Assembly (NCBI GenBank): GCA_947073765.1
Contig: CAMTMZ010000033.1
Location: 1 to 31,154, forward strand
Direction: 5' to 3'
Origin: an uncultured Bacillota bacterium
GTDB lineage: Bacteria > Bacillota > Clostridia > Oscillospirales > Oscillospiraceae
DNA length: 31,154 nucleotides
The position numbers were made by a program, and so were the translations under genes. Below the pieces are notes generated by a model. It saw only the letters and a list, made by a program, of their open reading frames with translations. It was not told the origin of the DNA and ran no database searches. Of the stretch, positions 8,166 to 16,566 are shown one piece after another (the first letter of the stretch is position 1; each line of letters opens with the position of its first letter).

Positions 8166-8426
8166 TCATCTCCTCTCTGTCATTGCTGAAAAATGGGTAT
8201 AAAAATACCACCGTCTGCACGGCAAACGATGGAGAAAATGCTGTGGTTTGTCCCGCTTTAGACAATCAGCCGCGCACAGTATATTCCCTTCGCTTGCAAA
8301 ATAAGAGTTTCGCCTGGGTTACATAACGCTGCTGCATCTGTGCCCGCCTCTTTTCTCGCAGAATCTTGTTTACAGCGGAGAGGCCGATTGGGACGGCTCA
8401 GAAGATACCCCTTCGCTGATATCGTT
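8166..8426 (-). promoter_or_regulatory. long untranslated leader or candidate ncRNA of unknown class
   Basis: About 255 nt lie between the promoter at 8427-8455 and the small ORF. No convincing ORF is present. It contains local hairpins and a weak GGTAT-tttt-ATACC plus TTTTT element near 8190-8215. Confidence 0.3.
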
Positions 8427-8455
8427 ATTGTAAACCTATCTTCCCACTTTGTCAA
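8427..8455 (-). promoter_or_regulatory. near-consensus sigma-A promoter
   Basis: On the minus strand: TTGACA, 17 nt, TACAAT. Confidence 0.6.
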
Positions 8456-8526
8456 GAGGAAATTTGTAATTTTTTTGTGGCGCTCTTTCATTTTTCTCCT
8501 TGGTCTTATTCATTCTGCCAGGAGAG

Positions 8527-8558
8527 GAAAAAAGTGGGGCGCGGCCAACGCCGCGCCC
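8527..8558 (-). terminator. rho-independent terminator of the B12-riboswitch operon
   Basis: On the minus strand: GGGCGCGGC-gttg-GCCGCGCCC followed by CACTTTTTT. Confidence 0.75.
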
Positions 8559-8562
8559 GTCT

Positions 8563-9078
8563 TTAGCGCTCTACCGCATTCTTTGCCAGACTCAGGGCCC
8601 GCCGCAGGGGATGCTCCAGCACCAGCGTCAGCACAAAATTGCCGGCGCAGTGGAGCAGGTCAAAAGGAATCCCCGCCGCCCAGTAAGACAGGGCGGCCCA
8701 GGGCCCCCCCGCCAGATAAGGCAGGGCGCACAGTCCGCCAAAACTCAGGCCGAAGGCCCCGCAGGCGGCCGCCCACGCCAGGGGAGACCTGTCTTTTTTT
8801 CCCAGCAGCAGCACAATCCCCGCCCAGAGGGGCCATATATACAGGTAGCTGATCCACCACAGGTGGAAGCCGTGGACCAGTCCCTCCAGGAGCACAAAGG
8901 TGAAAATAATGTAAAATACGTCCCGGCCGAATACCAGGGCGCAGACCAGCACCAGAAGGGACACCGGTTCGATGTTGGGCAGGGGGGCCATCGCCAGCTG
9001 AAGCGCGGTCATCAGGGCTGCCGGCAGGGCGCAAAGCACTACCCGGCGGCTGGCCATACGCACGCTGTTCCGGTCCAT
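8563..9078 (-). CDS. polytopic membrane protein, putative ECF-type S component for cobalamin (CbrT-like)
   Basis: 171 aa with about 5-6 hydrophobic helices. It starts 4 nt after the DUF4430 gene and lies downstream of a cobalamin riboswitch. The family assignment comes from context, not from a recognised motif. Confidence 0.55.
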   Translation of the reverse strand: MDRNSVRMASRRVVLCALPAALMTALQLAMAPLPNIEPVSLLVLVCALVFGRDVFYIIFTFVLLEGLVHGFHLWWISYLYIWPLWAGIVLLLGKKDRSPLAWAAACGAFGLSFGGLCALPYLAGGPWAALSYWAAGIPFDLLHCAGNFVLTLVLEHPLRRALSLAKNAVER

Positions 9079-9081
9079 GGC

Positions 9082-9474
9082 CTAGTAAGTGGACATGGTC
9101 AGCTCAAAGTGATCGCCGTCGGCGATAGGGGTGGTGTCCGCGCCGGTGTCCACCCGCTCTCCGCCCCTGGTGATGCACCACCACTGCCGCAGGCTGTCCT
9201 GGGCGGTTTCGCCGTCCACCGTGGTGATGAACAGTCCGTAGGGACCGGTCTCGCCCTCGGCCAGGCCTTCGGCCAGCAGCACCTCTCCCAGATACTGGGC
9301 GTCGGTGTGACAGGTAAACTCCTTGGAGCTGCTGTCGGAGTGGACCACCTCCACCACCACCGTCTTGGCGCCCGCCTGGGGCTGAGGCCTGGTAAAATAC
9401 CAGATTCCCAGCATCAGGGCCGCCACGGCCGCCAGGGCGGCCAGGGCAAATAGCGTTTTTCTGTTTCCTTTCAT
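9082..9474 (-). CDS. DUF4430 domain protein (transcobalamin-like fold), membrane-anchored
   Basis: 130 aa from MKGNRKTLFALAALAAVAALMLG. AAGGAGG RBS 6 nt upstream. The C-terminal region GLFITTVDGETA...WWCITRGGERVDTGADTTPIADGDHFELT is typical of DUF4430. The ORF-track start at 9549 lies inside the riboswitch. Confidence 0.75.
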   Translation of the reverse strand: MKGNRKTLFALAALAAVAALMLGIWYFTRPQPQAGAKTVVVEVVHSDSSSKEFTCHTDAQYLGEVLLAEGLAEGETGPYGLFITTVDGETAQDSLRQWWCITRGGERVDTGADTTPIADGDHFELTMSTY

Positions 9475-9496
9475 TTCAATACCTCCTTGCCGTCTC

Positions 9497-9668
9497 TCGC
9501 GGCGTTCGTATATTGCTCCAGGCAGGTCTTCTGACTTGAGCGTCAACACCCGGCTTTCCCTTCCCGGTTTCCCAGTGGCACTTTAAAGCCGGACTCCTCT
9601 CTCACAGCGGCGGGACCGTGTTTTTCTTCCCTATTCTCCCGGATTCTCACATCCAGGCACCTGCAGCC
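9497..9668 (-). promoter_or_regulatory. cobalamin (B12) riboswitch
   Basis: The minus strand contains GAGAATAGGGAAG, GTGCCACTGGGAAACCGGGAAGGG and the B12 box AGTCAGAAGACCTGCC (9521-9536). It sits directly between a promoter and the DUF4430 RBS. Confidence 0.85.
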
Positions 9669-9673
9669 CCGTG

Positions 9674-9703
9674 ATTATACCACAGTCTCCTCCAAAAAGC
9701 CAA
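9674..9703 (-). promoter_or_regulatory. extended -10 promoter of the riboswitch operon
   Basis: On the minus strand: TTGGCT, 18 nt, TATAAT, with a TGg immediately upstream of the -10. Confidence 0.6.
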
Positions 9704-9767
9704 CTGGACTTTTTCCAGATTCTGCGGTAAACTGTCTGTTGAAACTATTTGCCGAGGAGATAAAACT

Positions 9768-11915
9768 ATGGACCCGATGATTCAAACCCTGGCCCGGGAG
9801 CTGGGCCGCGCCGAGGAGCATGTGCACAACGTGGTCCGGCTGATCGACGAGGGAGCCACCATCCCCTTTATCGCCCGCTACCGCAAGGAGCTCCACGGCT
9901 CCATGGACGACCAACTGCTGCGCCAGCTGGCCGACCGCCTGCAATACCTGCGCAGCCTGGAGGCCCGGAAGGGGGAAGTAAAGACCGCCATTGAGAACCA
10001 GGGCAAGCTCACCGGCGAGCTTGCCGCCGCCGTTGACGCCGCCGCCACCCTGGCGGAGGTGGAGGACCTGTACCGCCCCTACCGGCAGAAGCGCCGCACC
10101 CGGGCCACCGCCGCCCGGGAGAAGGGGCTGGAGCCCTTGGCCCAGCTGGCTTTTTCCTTTGGACCGGCGGCAGACATGGAGCGGGCTGCCTTGGAGTACA
10201 TCGACCCGGAGAAGGGGGTGGAGACGGTCCAGGACGCCCTCCAGGGCGCAAACGACATTATTGCCGAGCTCATCTCCGATGACGCCGACATTCGCAAGGA
10301 GCTGCGCTCCCTCTATCTGCGCCGGGCCGTACTGGTATCGAAAGCGGCGGACAAGGAGCCGGAGGACAGCGTCTATCGGCTGTACTACGACTTCAAGCAG
10401 CCGGTGAGCCGGGTCCAGGGCTACCAGGTGCTGGCAGTCAACCGGGGAGAGCGGGAAAACATCTTAAAGGTGTCGGTGGATCTGGACCCGGAGACCGCCC
10501 ACATCGCCGTGCGGCGGATGGCCGTGCCCAATCGGGCCGCCATGGATTTTGTCCGGGCGGCGGCGGACGACGCCTATGACCGGCTCATCCAGCCCTCCAT
10601 GGAGCGGGAGATCCGGAACCACCTCACCGACCAGGCCAACGAGGGGGCCATTCACATGTTCGCGCTGAATTTAAAGCCCCTGCTGATGCAGCCCCCGGTC
10701 AAGGGCAAAGTGACTATGGGCCTGGACCCGGGCTACCGCATGGGCTGCAAGGTGGCGGTGGTGGACCCCACCGGCAAGGTGCTGGACACCGCCGTGGTCT
10801 ACCCCACCCACGGTGCCCGGCAGAAGGCGGAGTGCATCGACAGGCTTTCCGCCATGATCCGGAAGCACGGGGTGGAGCACATCGCCATCGGCAACGGCAC
10901 CGCCAGCCGGGAGACGGAACAGATGACGGTGGAGCTGATCAAACAGCTGGGCGGGAACGTGAGCTACATGATTGTCAGCGAGGCGGGGGCGTCGGTATAC
11001 TCCGCTTCTAAGCTGGCCGCCGAGGAGTTCCCCCAGTTTGACGTCAACCTGAGAAGCGCCGTGTCCATTGCCCGCCGGCTTCAGGACCCCCTGGCCGAGC
11101 TGGTGAAAATCGACCCCAAAGCCATCGGGGTGGGTCAATACCAGCACGACATGCCCCAGGCCCGGCTGGGAGAGACCCTGGACGGGGTGGTGGAGGACTG
11201 CGTCAACGCGGTGGGGGTGGACGCCAATACCGCTTCCCCCTCCCTGCTCCAGCGGGTGTCCGGCCTCACCGCCGCCACCGCCAAAAACCTGGTGAAATAT
11301 CGGGAGGAGAACGGGGCGTTCACCACCCGGAAGGGGCTGCTCAAGGTGCCTAAGCTGGGGCCCAAAGCCTTTGAGCAGTGCGCCGGATTTCTCCGGGTTC
11401 CGGAGAGCGGGAGCGTGCTGGACAACACCGGCGTCCACCCGGAGAGCTACGGGGCGGCGGAGAAGCTGCTCGCCGCCTGCGGCCACACCCTGGAGGATGT
11501 GCGGGCGGGGAACATCTCCGGGCTGAAGGAGGAGGCAGAGGCCATTGGCTATGACGCCCTGTCCCAGACCTGCGGCGCGGGAGCCCCCACCCTGGCGGAT
11601 ATTGTCAAGGAGCTGTCCAAGCCGGGCCGGGACCCCCGGGACGAGCTGCCGCCCCCCATCCTCCGTACCGACGTGATGGAGGCCAAGGACTTGAAGCCCG
11701 GGATGGAGCTCCAGGGCACTGTGCGCAATGTCATCGACTTCGGGGTATTTGTGGACATCGGCGTCCACCAGGACGGCCTGGTCCACATCTCCAAGCTCCC
11801 CCGGCGGGTGCGCCACCCATCCGAGATGCTGAGCGTGGGGGATGTGGTCACCGTATGGGTGGCGGAGGTGGATGAAAAAAAGAAGCGCATCTCCCTGACG
11901 ATGAAGAAGCCCTAA
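9768..11915 (+). CDS. tex: Tex-like transcription accessory protein (YqgF, HhH and S1 domains)
   Basis: 715 aa. The N-terminus ATIPFIARYRKE, the YqgF-like GLDPGYRMGCKVAVVD, and the C-terminal S1 domain GTVRNVIDFGVFVDIG...DGLVHISKL identify it. Confidence 0.9.
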   Translation: MDPMIQTLARELGRAEEHVHNVVRLIDEGATIPFIARYRKELHGSMDDQLLRQLADRLQYLRSLEARKGEVKTAIENQGKLTGELAAAVDAAATLAEVEDLYRPYRQKRRTRATAAREKGLEPLAQLAFSFGPAADMERAALEYIDPEKGVETVQDALQGANDIIAELISDDADIRKELRSLYLRRAVLVSKAADKEPEDSVYRLYYDFKQPVSRVQGYQVLAVNRGERENILKVSVDLDPETAHIAVRRMAVPNRAAMDFVRAAADDAYDRLIQPSMEREIRNHLTDQANEGAIHMFALNLKPLLMQPPVKGKVTMGLDPGYRMGCKVAVVDPTGKVLDTAVVYPTHGARQKAECIDRLSAMIRKHGVEHIAIGNGTASRETEQMTVELIKQLGGNVSYMIVSEAGASVYSASKLAAEEFPQFDVNLRSAVSIARRLQDPLAELVKIDPKAIGVGQYQHDMPQARLGETLDGVVEDCVNAVGVDANTASPSLLQRVSGLTAATAKNLVKYREENGAFTTRKGLLKVPKLGPKAFEQCAGFLRVPESGSVLDNTGVHPESYGAAEKLLAACGHTLEDVRAGNISGLKEEAEAIGYDALSQTCGAGAPTLADIVKELSKPGRDPRDELPPPILRTDVMEAKDLKPGMELQGTVRNVIDFGVFVDIGVHQDGLVHISKLPRRVRHPSEMLSVGDVVTVWVAEVDEKKKRISLTMKKP

Positions 11916-11951
11916 AGATTCCCCATTGGACGCAAAAAAGGAGTGACCGCC

Positions 11952-12971
11952 ATGCTGCCCCACGCCCTGATTGACCTGCACTGCGACACCCTCACCGCCC
12001 TGACGGCGGAAGACCAGCCCCTGCTGGAGGCCCTCCGGGACCCCGCCCGGCGGGGGGAGGCCGCCGCGGCCCTGACCCGACGGGCCCAAAATACCAACAC
12101 CCTGGACCTGCCCGGGCGCCACTTCTCCCTGTCCGCTGTTCCGGCCGGGGTCCACTGGTGCCAGTGCTGTGCCATTTTCATCCCTGACGGCCTGTCTCCG
12201 GAGGAGGCCGCCGCCTACTATGCGCTTTTCCAGGCCAGCTTTTCCCGGCAGATGGAGGTTCTGGCGGATAAGGTCCTCCCCTGCCGCGGCGCCGGTGACA
12301 TTGAATCGGCCTGGTCCCAAGGCAGAGCCGCCGCCATCCTCACCGTGGAGAACGGCTCCGCTCTGGCCGGCCGCCTGGAGCGGGTGGAGACCCTGGCCCG
12401 GGACGGGGTGCGGATGCTCACCCTCACCTGGAACGGGGAAAATGAGCTGGGCTCCGGAAACGGGACGGATCACGGCCTGTCCGCCTTTGGGAAAGAGGCC
12501 GTCCGGGAGCTGGAACGGCAGGGAATCGTTGCCGATGTCTCCCACCTGAACGACCGGGGCTTTGAGGACTTTCTGGCCGCCGCCCAAAGACCCTTCGCGG
12601 CCAGCCACTCCAATGCCCGGGGGGTGTGCGGCCACCGGCGCAACCTCACCGACGAGCAGATTCGGGAAATGGTGCGCCGGGGGTGCCTCATCGGCCTGAA
12701 CTGCTACAACGCCTTTCTCCGGGAGGACGGCCGTCCCGCCGGGCTGGACGACCTGTGGCGGCATGTGGAGCGCTTTCTGGAGCTGGGGGCGGAAGATTGT
12801 CTGTCCCTGGGTTCCGACGCCGACGGCGCCGACCTGCCCCCCACCCTGAACAGCCCGGCCAAGTTTGCCGGGCTGTACTCCCTATTCCTGGAGCGGGGTC
12901 TCTCCCCCGCCCTGGCAGAGGGCATTTTGTGGAAAAACGCCCTGAACTTTTTCAAAAAACAGGGCATTTAG
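11952..12971 (+). CDS. membrane dipeptidase family protein (peptidase M19)
   Basis: LIDLHCDTL near the N-terminus, then LTLTWNGEN, VSHLNDRGF and SHSNARG motifs. I chose the ATG at 11952, 8 nt after AGGAG. The track starts 9 nt earlier at a GTG. Confidence 0.85.
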   Translation: MLPHALIDLHCDTLTALTAEDQPLLEALRDPARRGEAAAALTRRAQNTNTLDLPGRHFSLSAVPAGVHWCQCCAIFIPDGLSPEEAAAYYALFQASFSRQMEVLADKVLPCRGAGDIESAWSQGRAAAILTVENGSALAGRLERVETLARDGVRMLTLTWNGENELGSGNGTDHGLSAFGKEAVRELERQGIVADVSHLNDRGFEDFLAAAQRPFAASHSNARGVCGHRRNLTDEQIREMVRRGCLIGLNCYNAFLREDGRPAGLDDLWRHVERFLELGAEDCLSLGSDADGADLPPTLNSPAKFAGLYSLFLERGLSPALAEGILWKNALNFFKKQGI

Positions 12972-12981
12972 CAAAATCCGC

Positions 12982-13010
12982 TTGCAGAGGCTGCTGCTTT
13001 CTGGTATAAT
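12982..13010 (+). promoter_or_regulatory. sigma-A promoter with extended -10
   Basis: TTGCAG, 17 nt, TATAAT, preceded by TGg. Confidence 0.55.
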
Positions 13011-13070
13011 TTTCGGCAGAGAAGGAAACTATCAAGCGGTCCTCCGGGCCGCCCATAAAGGAGTATCATT

Positions 13071-13538
13071 ATGGCAAAACGGTGTCCCGACTGCGGTCAG
13101 ATGAACGACGATTCCCGCATTTTTTGCAGCGCCTGCGGTGAACCGCTAGACGCTCAGCTCCGGCTGATTCAGGACCTGGAGAAACAGAAGGCTGTCCCCA
13201 AAAAGGAGAGCGCTCCCCGCCGGGAGGACGATGATGACGACTATGTCCCCACCAAAACACAAAAAAAGAAGGGCTGCTATGTCGCCACGGCGGTCTACGG
13301 CTCCTATGACTGCCCCCAGGTTTGGACCCTGCGCCGCTTCCGGGATGAGCGGCTGGCCGTCTCCCGTCCGGGCCGGGCTTTCGTCCGTCTTTACTACGCC
13401 GTAAGCCCCACCCTGGTGCGCCTGTTTGGGGAGTCGGCCTGGTTCAGAGCCCTTTGGAGAGGCCCCCTGGACCGGCTGGTGCGCCGCCTTCAGCGTCAGG
13501 GTGTTCAGGATACCCCCTATCAGGATCAGGATTGGTAA
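13071..13538 (+). CDS. zinc-ribbon protein with a C-terminal CYVATAVYGS...LRRFRD domain (CFI-box-like)
   Basis: 155 aa. N-terminal CPDCG...CSACG zinc ribbon, an acidic/basic linker, then GCYVATAVYGSYDCPQVWTLRRFRDERL...YYAVSP. AAGGAG RBS. Confidence 0.7.
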   Translation: MAKRCPDCGQMNDDSRIFCSACGEPLDAQLRLIQDLEKQKAVPKKESAPRREDDDDDYVPTKTQKKKGCYVATAVYGSYDCPQVWTLRRFRDERLAVSRPGRAFVRLYYAVSPTLVRLFGESAWFRALWRGPLDRLVRRLQRQGVQDTPYQDQDW

Positions 13539-13553
13539 TCTCCATACATAAAG

Positions 13554-13583
13554 GCCCCGCCTTCCCCATGGGGAAGGCGGGGC
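13554..13583. terminator. bidirectional terminator between the zinc-ribbon gene and cysS
   Basis: Perfect palindrome GCCCCGCCTTCCCC-at-GGGGAAGGCGGGGC. A T-rich tail (TGTTGCTTTCTTGTT) follows on the plus strand. Confidence 0.7.
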
Positions 13584-13638
13584 TGTTGCTTTCTTGTTAC
13601 GAAGCCTTCTGCTTACACCGACTGTTGATCGCTCTTCA

Positions 13639-15084
13639 TCAGCTGCGCTTCCAGCTCGCTCCGCAGGGCAAGTCGGTGATCTCAATGCCCTGGGCCTTCA
13701 GCTCGTCCCGGATGCGGTCGGCCTCGGCAAAGTTTTTGGCCTTCTTGGCCTCGTACCGGGCCATCACCTGGGCGTCTATTCCCGGATCGCCCTCGCCGGT
13801 GATGGTATAGCCCCCCTGCGCGGTGGCTGTCTGTTTTTTCTGCTCCTCCCGCACCTTGGCGGCCTTGTCCAGCAGGGACAGGGAAAGCACCTGGTCGAAG
13901 CTGTTCAGGATAGCCAGGCGGGTAGCGCCGTTGGTTTTGGCCTTGAGCGCGTCATACAGGGCGGTGACGGCCAGGGCGGTGTTCAGGTCGCTGCCCACCT
14001 GGGCGCGGAATTTTTCCCGGTACTCCGCCGCAACGGACTCGTCTACGGGGCCGTCTGCGGGATCGAGGGCGGCGATCCTGGCGATAAGCTTCTGGAAAGC
14101 CGCTGTGGCGTTGTCCAGGTTTTCCCAGGAAAAAACCAGCCCCTTGCGGTAGTGGCTCTGCAGGCAGAAGAAGCGGTAGACAATGGGGTCGTAGCCCTTC
14201 TCCTCCAACAGAGAGACGGTGAGGAACTCCCCCTTGGACTTGGACATCTTGCCGCTGTTTGTGTTCAAGTGGTGGACATGAAACCACTGCCTGCACCAGG
14301 GGTGGCCGATGTATGCCTCGGACTGGGCGATCTCGTTGGTGTGGTGGGGGAAGGCGTTGTCAATACCGCCGCAGTGCAGGTCCAGATACTCGCCGTTGTA
14401 CTTCAGGGAGATGCCGGAGCACTCGATGTGCCAGCCCGGGTAGCCTACCCCCCAGGGGGAGTCCCACTTCAGGGCCTGATCCTCAAACTTGCTCTTGGTA
14501 AACCAGAGGACAAAGTCGTTTTTATTGCGCTTGTTCTGGTCCTCCTCCACGCCCTCCCGGACGCCCACCGCCAAATCCTCCTCGTCGTGGGAGTTGAAGA
14601 TATAGTACTGCTCCAGCTTGGAGGTGTCAAAGTACACGTTGCCCCCCGCCAGGTAGGCGAAGCCCTTGTCCAGCAGGCCCTGGACAAGCTTGATGAACTC
14701 GTCGATCAGGCCGGTGGCGGGCTGGACCACGTCGGGGGTCTTGATGTTCAGCTTTCGGCAGTCGTCAAAGAAGGCGTCGGTGTAAAACTGGGCAATTTCC
14801 ATCACCGTCTTGTGCTCCCGCTTGGCCCCCTTGAGCATCTTGTCCTCACCGGTGTCGGCATCGGAGCTGAGGTGGCCCACATCGGTGATGTTCATAACCC
14901 GGTTCACGTTATACCCATCGTACCGCAGGAATTTCTCCAGCACGTCCTCCATGATATAGGAGCGCAGATTACCAATATGGGCAAAGTGGTACACCGTGGG
15001 CCCGCAGGTGTACATCTCCACGTGGCCGGGCGTGTGGGTGGTAAATTCTTCTTTCTTATGGGTGGCGGAATTATATAAATACAT
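13639..15084 (-). CDS. cysS: cysteine--tRNA ligase
   Basis: 481 aa from MYLYNSATHKK. Motifs seen: MYTCGPTVYHFAHIGN (HIGH), KMSKSKG (KMSKS) and the zinc-site region. GAGGAGGAG RBS. The upstream 37 codons in the track have no support. Confidence 0.95.
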   Translation of the reverse strand: MYLYNSATHKKEEFTTHTPGHVEMYTCGPTVYHFAHIGNLRSYIMEDVLEKFLRYDGYNVNRVMNITDVGHLSSDADTGEDKMLKGAKREHKTVMEIAQFYTDAFFDDCRKLNIKTPDVVQPATGLIDEFIKLVQGLLDKGFAYLAGGNVYFDTSKLEQYYIFNSHDEEDLAVGVREGVEEDQNKRNKNDFVLWFTKSKFEDQALKWDSPWGVGYPGWHIECSGISLKYNGEYLDLHCGGIDNAFPHHTNEIAQSEAYIGHPWCRQWFHVHHLNTNSGKMSKSKGEFLTVSLLEEKGYDPIVYRFFCLQSHYRKGLVFSWENLDNATAAFQKLIARIAALDPADGPVDESVAAEYREKFRAQVGSDLNTALAVTALYDALKAKTNGATRLAILNSFDQVLSLSLLDKAAKVREEQKKQTATAQGGYTITGEGDPGIDAQVMARYEAKKAKNFAEADRIRDELKAQGIEITDLPCGASWKRS

Positions 15085-15104
15085 GGCTGACTCCTCCTCG
15101 CTAT

Positions 15105-15485
15105 TCACTCGTGCAGTTCCAGGGGCAGGCCGTCCGGGTCGTGGAAGAAGGTGAACTGCCGCTGAGTAAAGGTATCCCAGCGGATGGGCTCGCATTCGAT
15201 GCCCTGGGCCTTCAGCTGGAGCACGGCAACCTGGATGTCGTCCACCCGGAAGGCCAGGTGGCGCAAGCCCTGAGCCTCGGGATAGCTGGGCCGGGGCGGC
15301 GCGCCGGGAATGGCGAAAATCTCCAGCTCTCCGTCCCCAAATTTCAGGTCCAGCTTCCAGTCCCCCTTGTCCGGCCGGAAGTTCTCCCGCAGGACGGGAA
15401 AGCCCAGCTTCTCCACATAGAACTCCCTGGCCTTTTGGTAGTCTGAGACGATGATGGCTACGTGGTGCATTTGATGAAACAGCAT
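15105..15485 (-). CDS. VOC/glyoxalase-fold family protein
   Basis: 126 aa MLFHQMHHVAIIVSDYQKAREFYVEKLGF...LRHLAFRVDDI...FFHDPDGLPLELHE. AAGGAG RBS 6 nt upstream. The 397-aa ORF in the track is this gene fused to an out-of-frame overlap with cysE. Confidence 0.85.
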   Translation of the reverse strand: MLFHQMHHVAIIVSDYQKAREFYVEKLGFPVLRENFRPDKGDWKLDLKFGDGELEIFAIPGAPPRPSYPEAQGLRHLAFRVDDIQVAVLQLKAQGIECEPIRWDTFTQRQFTFFHDPDGLPLELHE

Positions 15486-15660
15486 GTTTTTCTCCTTTGT
15501 TCTGTAAGGGCGGATATCATCCGCCCGTGTTTTATCCTTCGTGTTTCGCGGACGCAGGGTCAAATCGGCTCCCCAAGTCCCTCCATAACCTTCAGGAGGG
15601 CGGCGCAGCTCCCCTCGGTATTCCCGCCGCAGAGGTCGCGGCCAAGCTGTCGCAGTTCCA

Positions 15661-16314
15661 TTATATTTTCCCCTCCAAATACTTCTCATCCAGCAGCTTT
15701 TCCACCAGTTCCAGCCGGGCAGAGATGGCGGACAGCTTCTCCAGGGTGGGGTTGTTGACGCTGATCTGATCCACGTCGTCAGCGTAGCGGGTGGAGCGGC
15801 CGGCAATTCGGACAATCTGGGCGGGAATGCCCACGGCGGTGGCGTTCTCCGGCACCTCGGAGAGGACCACCGCGTTGGCGGCGATACGGGCGTTGTCCCC
15901 CACCTTGAAGGGCCCCAGCACCTTGGCCCCGCAGGAGATGAGCACATTGTTGCCGATGGTGGGGTGGCGCTTGCCCTGGTCCTTGCCGGTGCCCCCCAGG
16001 GTAACCCCGTGGTAGATGAGCACGTCGTCTCCCACCTCGGCGGTCTCGCCGATGACAATGCCCATGCCGTGGTCAATGACGAAACGCCGGCCAATTTTGG
16101 CGCCGGGATGTATCTCGATACCCGTCCAGAACCGGGACCACTGAGAGATGCAGCGGGCCAGAAACTTCCATTTGTGACAGTACAGCCAGTGGGCCAGCCG
16201 GTGGTACAGGGTGGCGTGAACCCCCTGGTACAGCAGAAAAATCTCCAGCTTGGACCGGGCCGCCGGGTCCCGGCGCTGGTAGGCCTCCAGCGTTTCATTT
16301 AAGGCTCTGAACAT
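15661..16314 (-). CDS. cysE: serine O-acetyltransferase
   Basis: 217 aa from MFRALNETL. Motifs seen: DPAARSKLEIFLLYQG, GIEIHPGAKIG, and hexapeptide repeats (GKRHPTIGNNVLISCGAKVLG). Confidence 0.9.
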   Translation of the reverse strand: MFRALNETLEAYQRRDPAARSKLEIFLLYQGVHATLYHRLAHWLYCHKWKFLARCISQWSRFWTGIEIHPGAKIGRRFVIDHGMGIVIGETAEVGDDVLIYHGVTLGGTGKDQGKRHPTIGNNVLISCGAKVLGPFKVGDNARIAANAVVLSEVPENATAVGIPAQIVRIAGRSTRYADDVDQISVNNPTLEKLSAISARLELVEKLLDEKYLEGKI

Positions 16315-16337
16315 GAGCCGCCCCCTTTCGGGTGGAA

Positions 16338-16562
16338 ACAAAAACCTCTTACGCCCGGCACGGGCGTAAGAGGCGATGCAATCGCGGTTCCACTCTTAGT
16401 TTCACTCATTTGGCCGCTATCGGGGCCAGGCCGGACGGCATTACCCGCCGCGCTCCCGGACGCACTTCACATCTCCCCGCTGTAAGCCCCCTTGCAGCCG
16501 GTGAGGGGCCCTCTCTGTCCGTTGGGCGGGACGCTACTTTTCCGTTCTTCACGCTGATAGTA
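16338..16562 (-). promoter_or_regulatory. T-box riboswitch leader, cysteine specifier
   Basis: On the minus strand: a stem I region with AGAGAG, and a specifier-loop-like GTGAAG-TGC-G (TGC at 16462-16464). The T-box sequence AGAGTGGAACCGCG lies at about 16382-16398. The terminator is CCTCTTACGCCCG-tgc-CGGGCGTAAGAGG plus TTTTTG (16338-16373). Confidence 0.85.
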
Positions 16563-16566
16563 TAGT

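Noticed and set aside
8286-8417. Possible tandem glycine riboswitch (two GCGAAGGG motifs), and a ZTP-like CGCCTGGG on the plus strand at 8311-8318.
   Set aside because: The other obligatory glycine-aptamer elements (GGAGAG, CUCAGGCAAAAGGAC) are absent. The ZTP-like motif is on the strand with no downstream gene. A repeated 9-mer within 250 nt is not statistically compelling.
8258-8491. 77-aa minus-strand ORF in the AT-rich island.
   Set aside because: The near-consensus TTGACA-17-TACAAT promoter lies inside it. Its ATG is only 3 nt from the AGGAGA and about 36 nt after a terminator, with no promoter of its own. I recognise no family, and the sequence is Cys/Arg-rich with an odd composition.
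8340-9453. Plus-strand ORFs 8340-8852 and 8500-9453.
   Set aside because: They are antisense to the riboswitch-controlled membrane and DUF4430 genes and cross a terminator. The translations are Pro/Arg/Gly-rich junk.
9475-9549. N-terminal extension of the DUF4430 ORF. The same issue affects ThrH (3929-3985), Lrp/AsnC (5649-5933), the carboxyltransferase (7751-7807), cysS (15085-15195) and cysE (16315-16341).
   Set aside because: The extensions lack an RBS and overlap a riboswitch, a T-box terminator or neighbouring genes. Internal ATGs with good Shine-Dalgarno spacing start exactly where family similarity begins.
15105-16298. 397-aa minus-strand ORF spanning the VOC gene and most of cysE.
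   Set aside because: Only the last 126 codons have a family signature and an RBS. The upstream part is an out-of-frame overlap of cysE, which has unmistakable hexapeptide-repeat motifs in its own frame.
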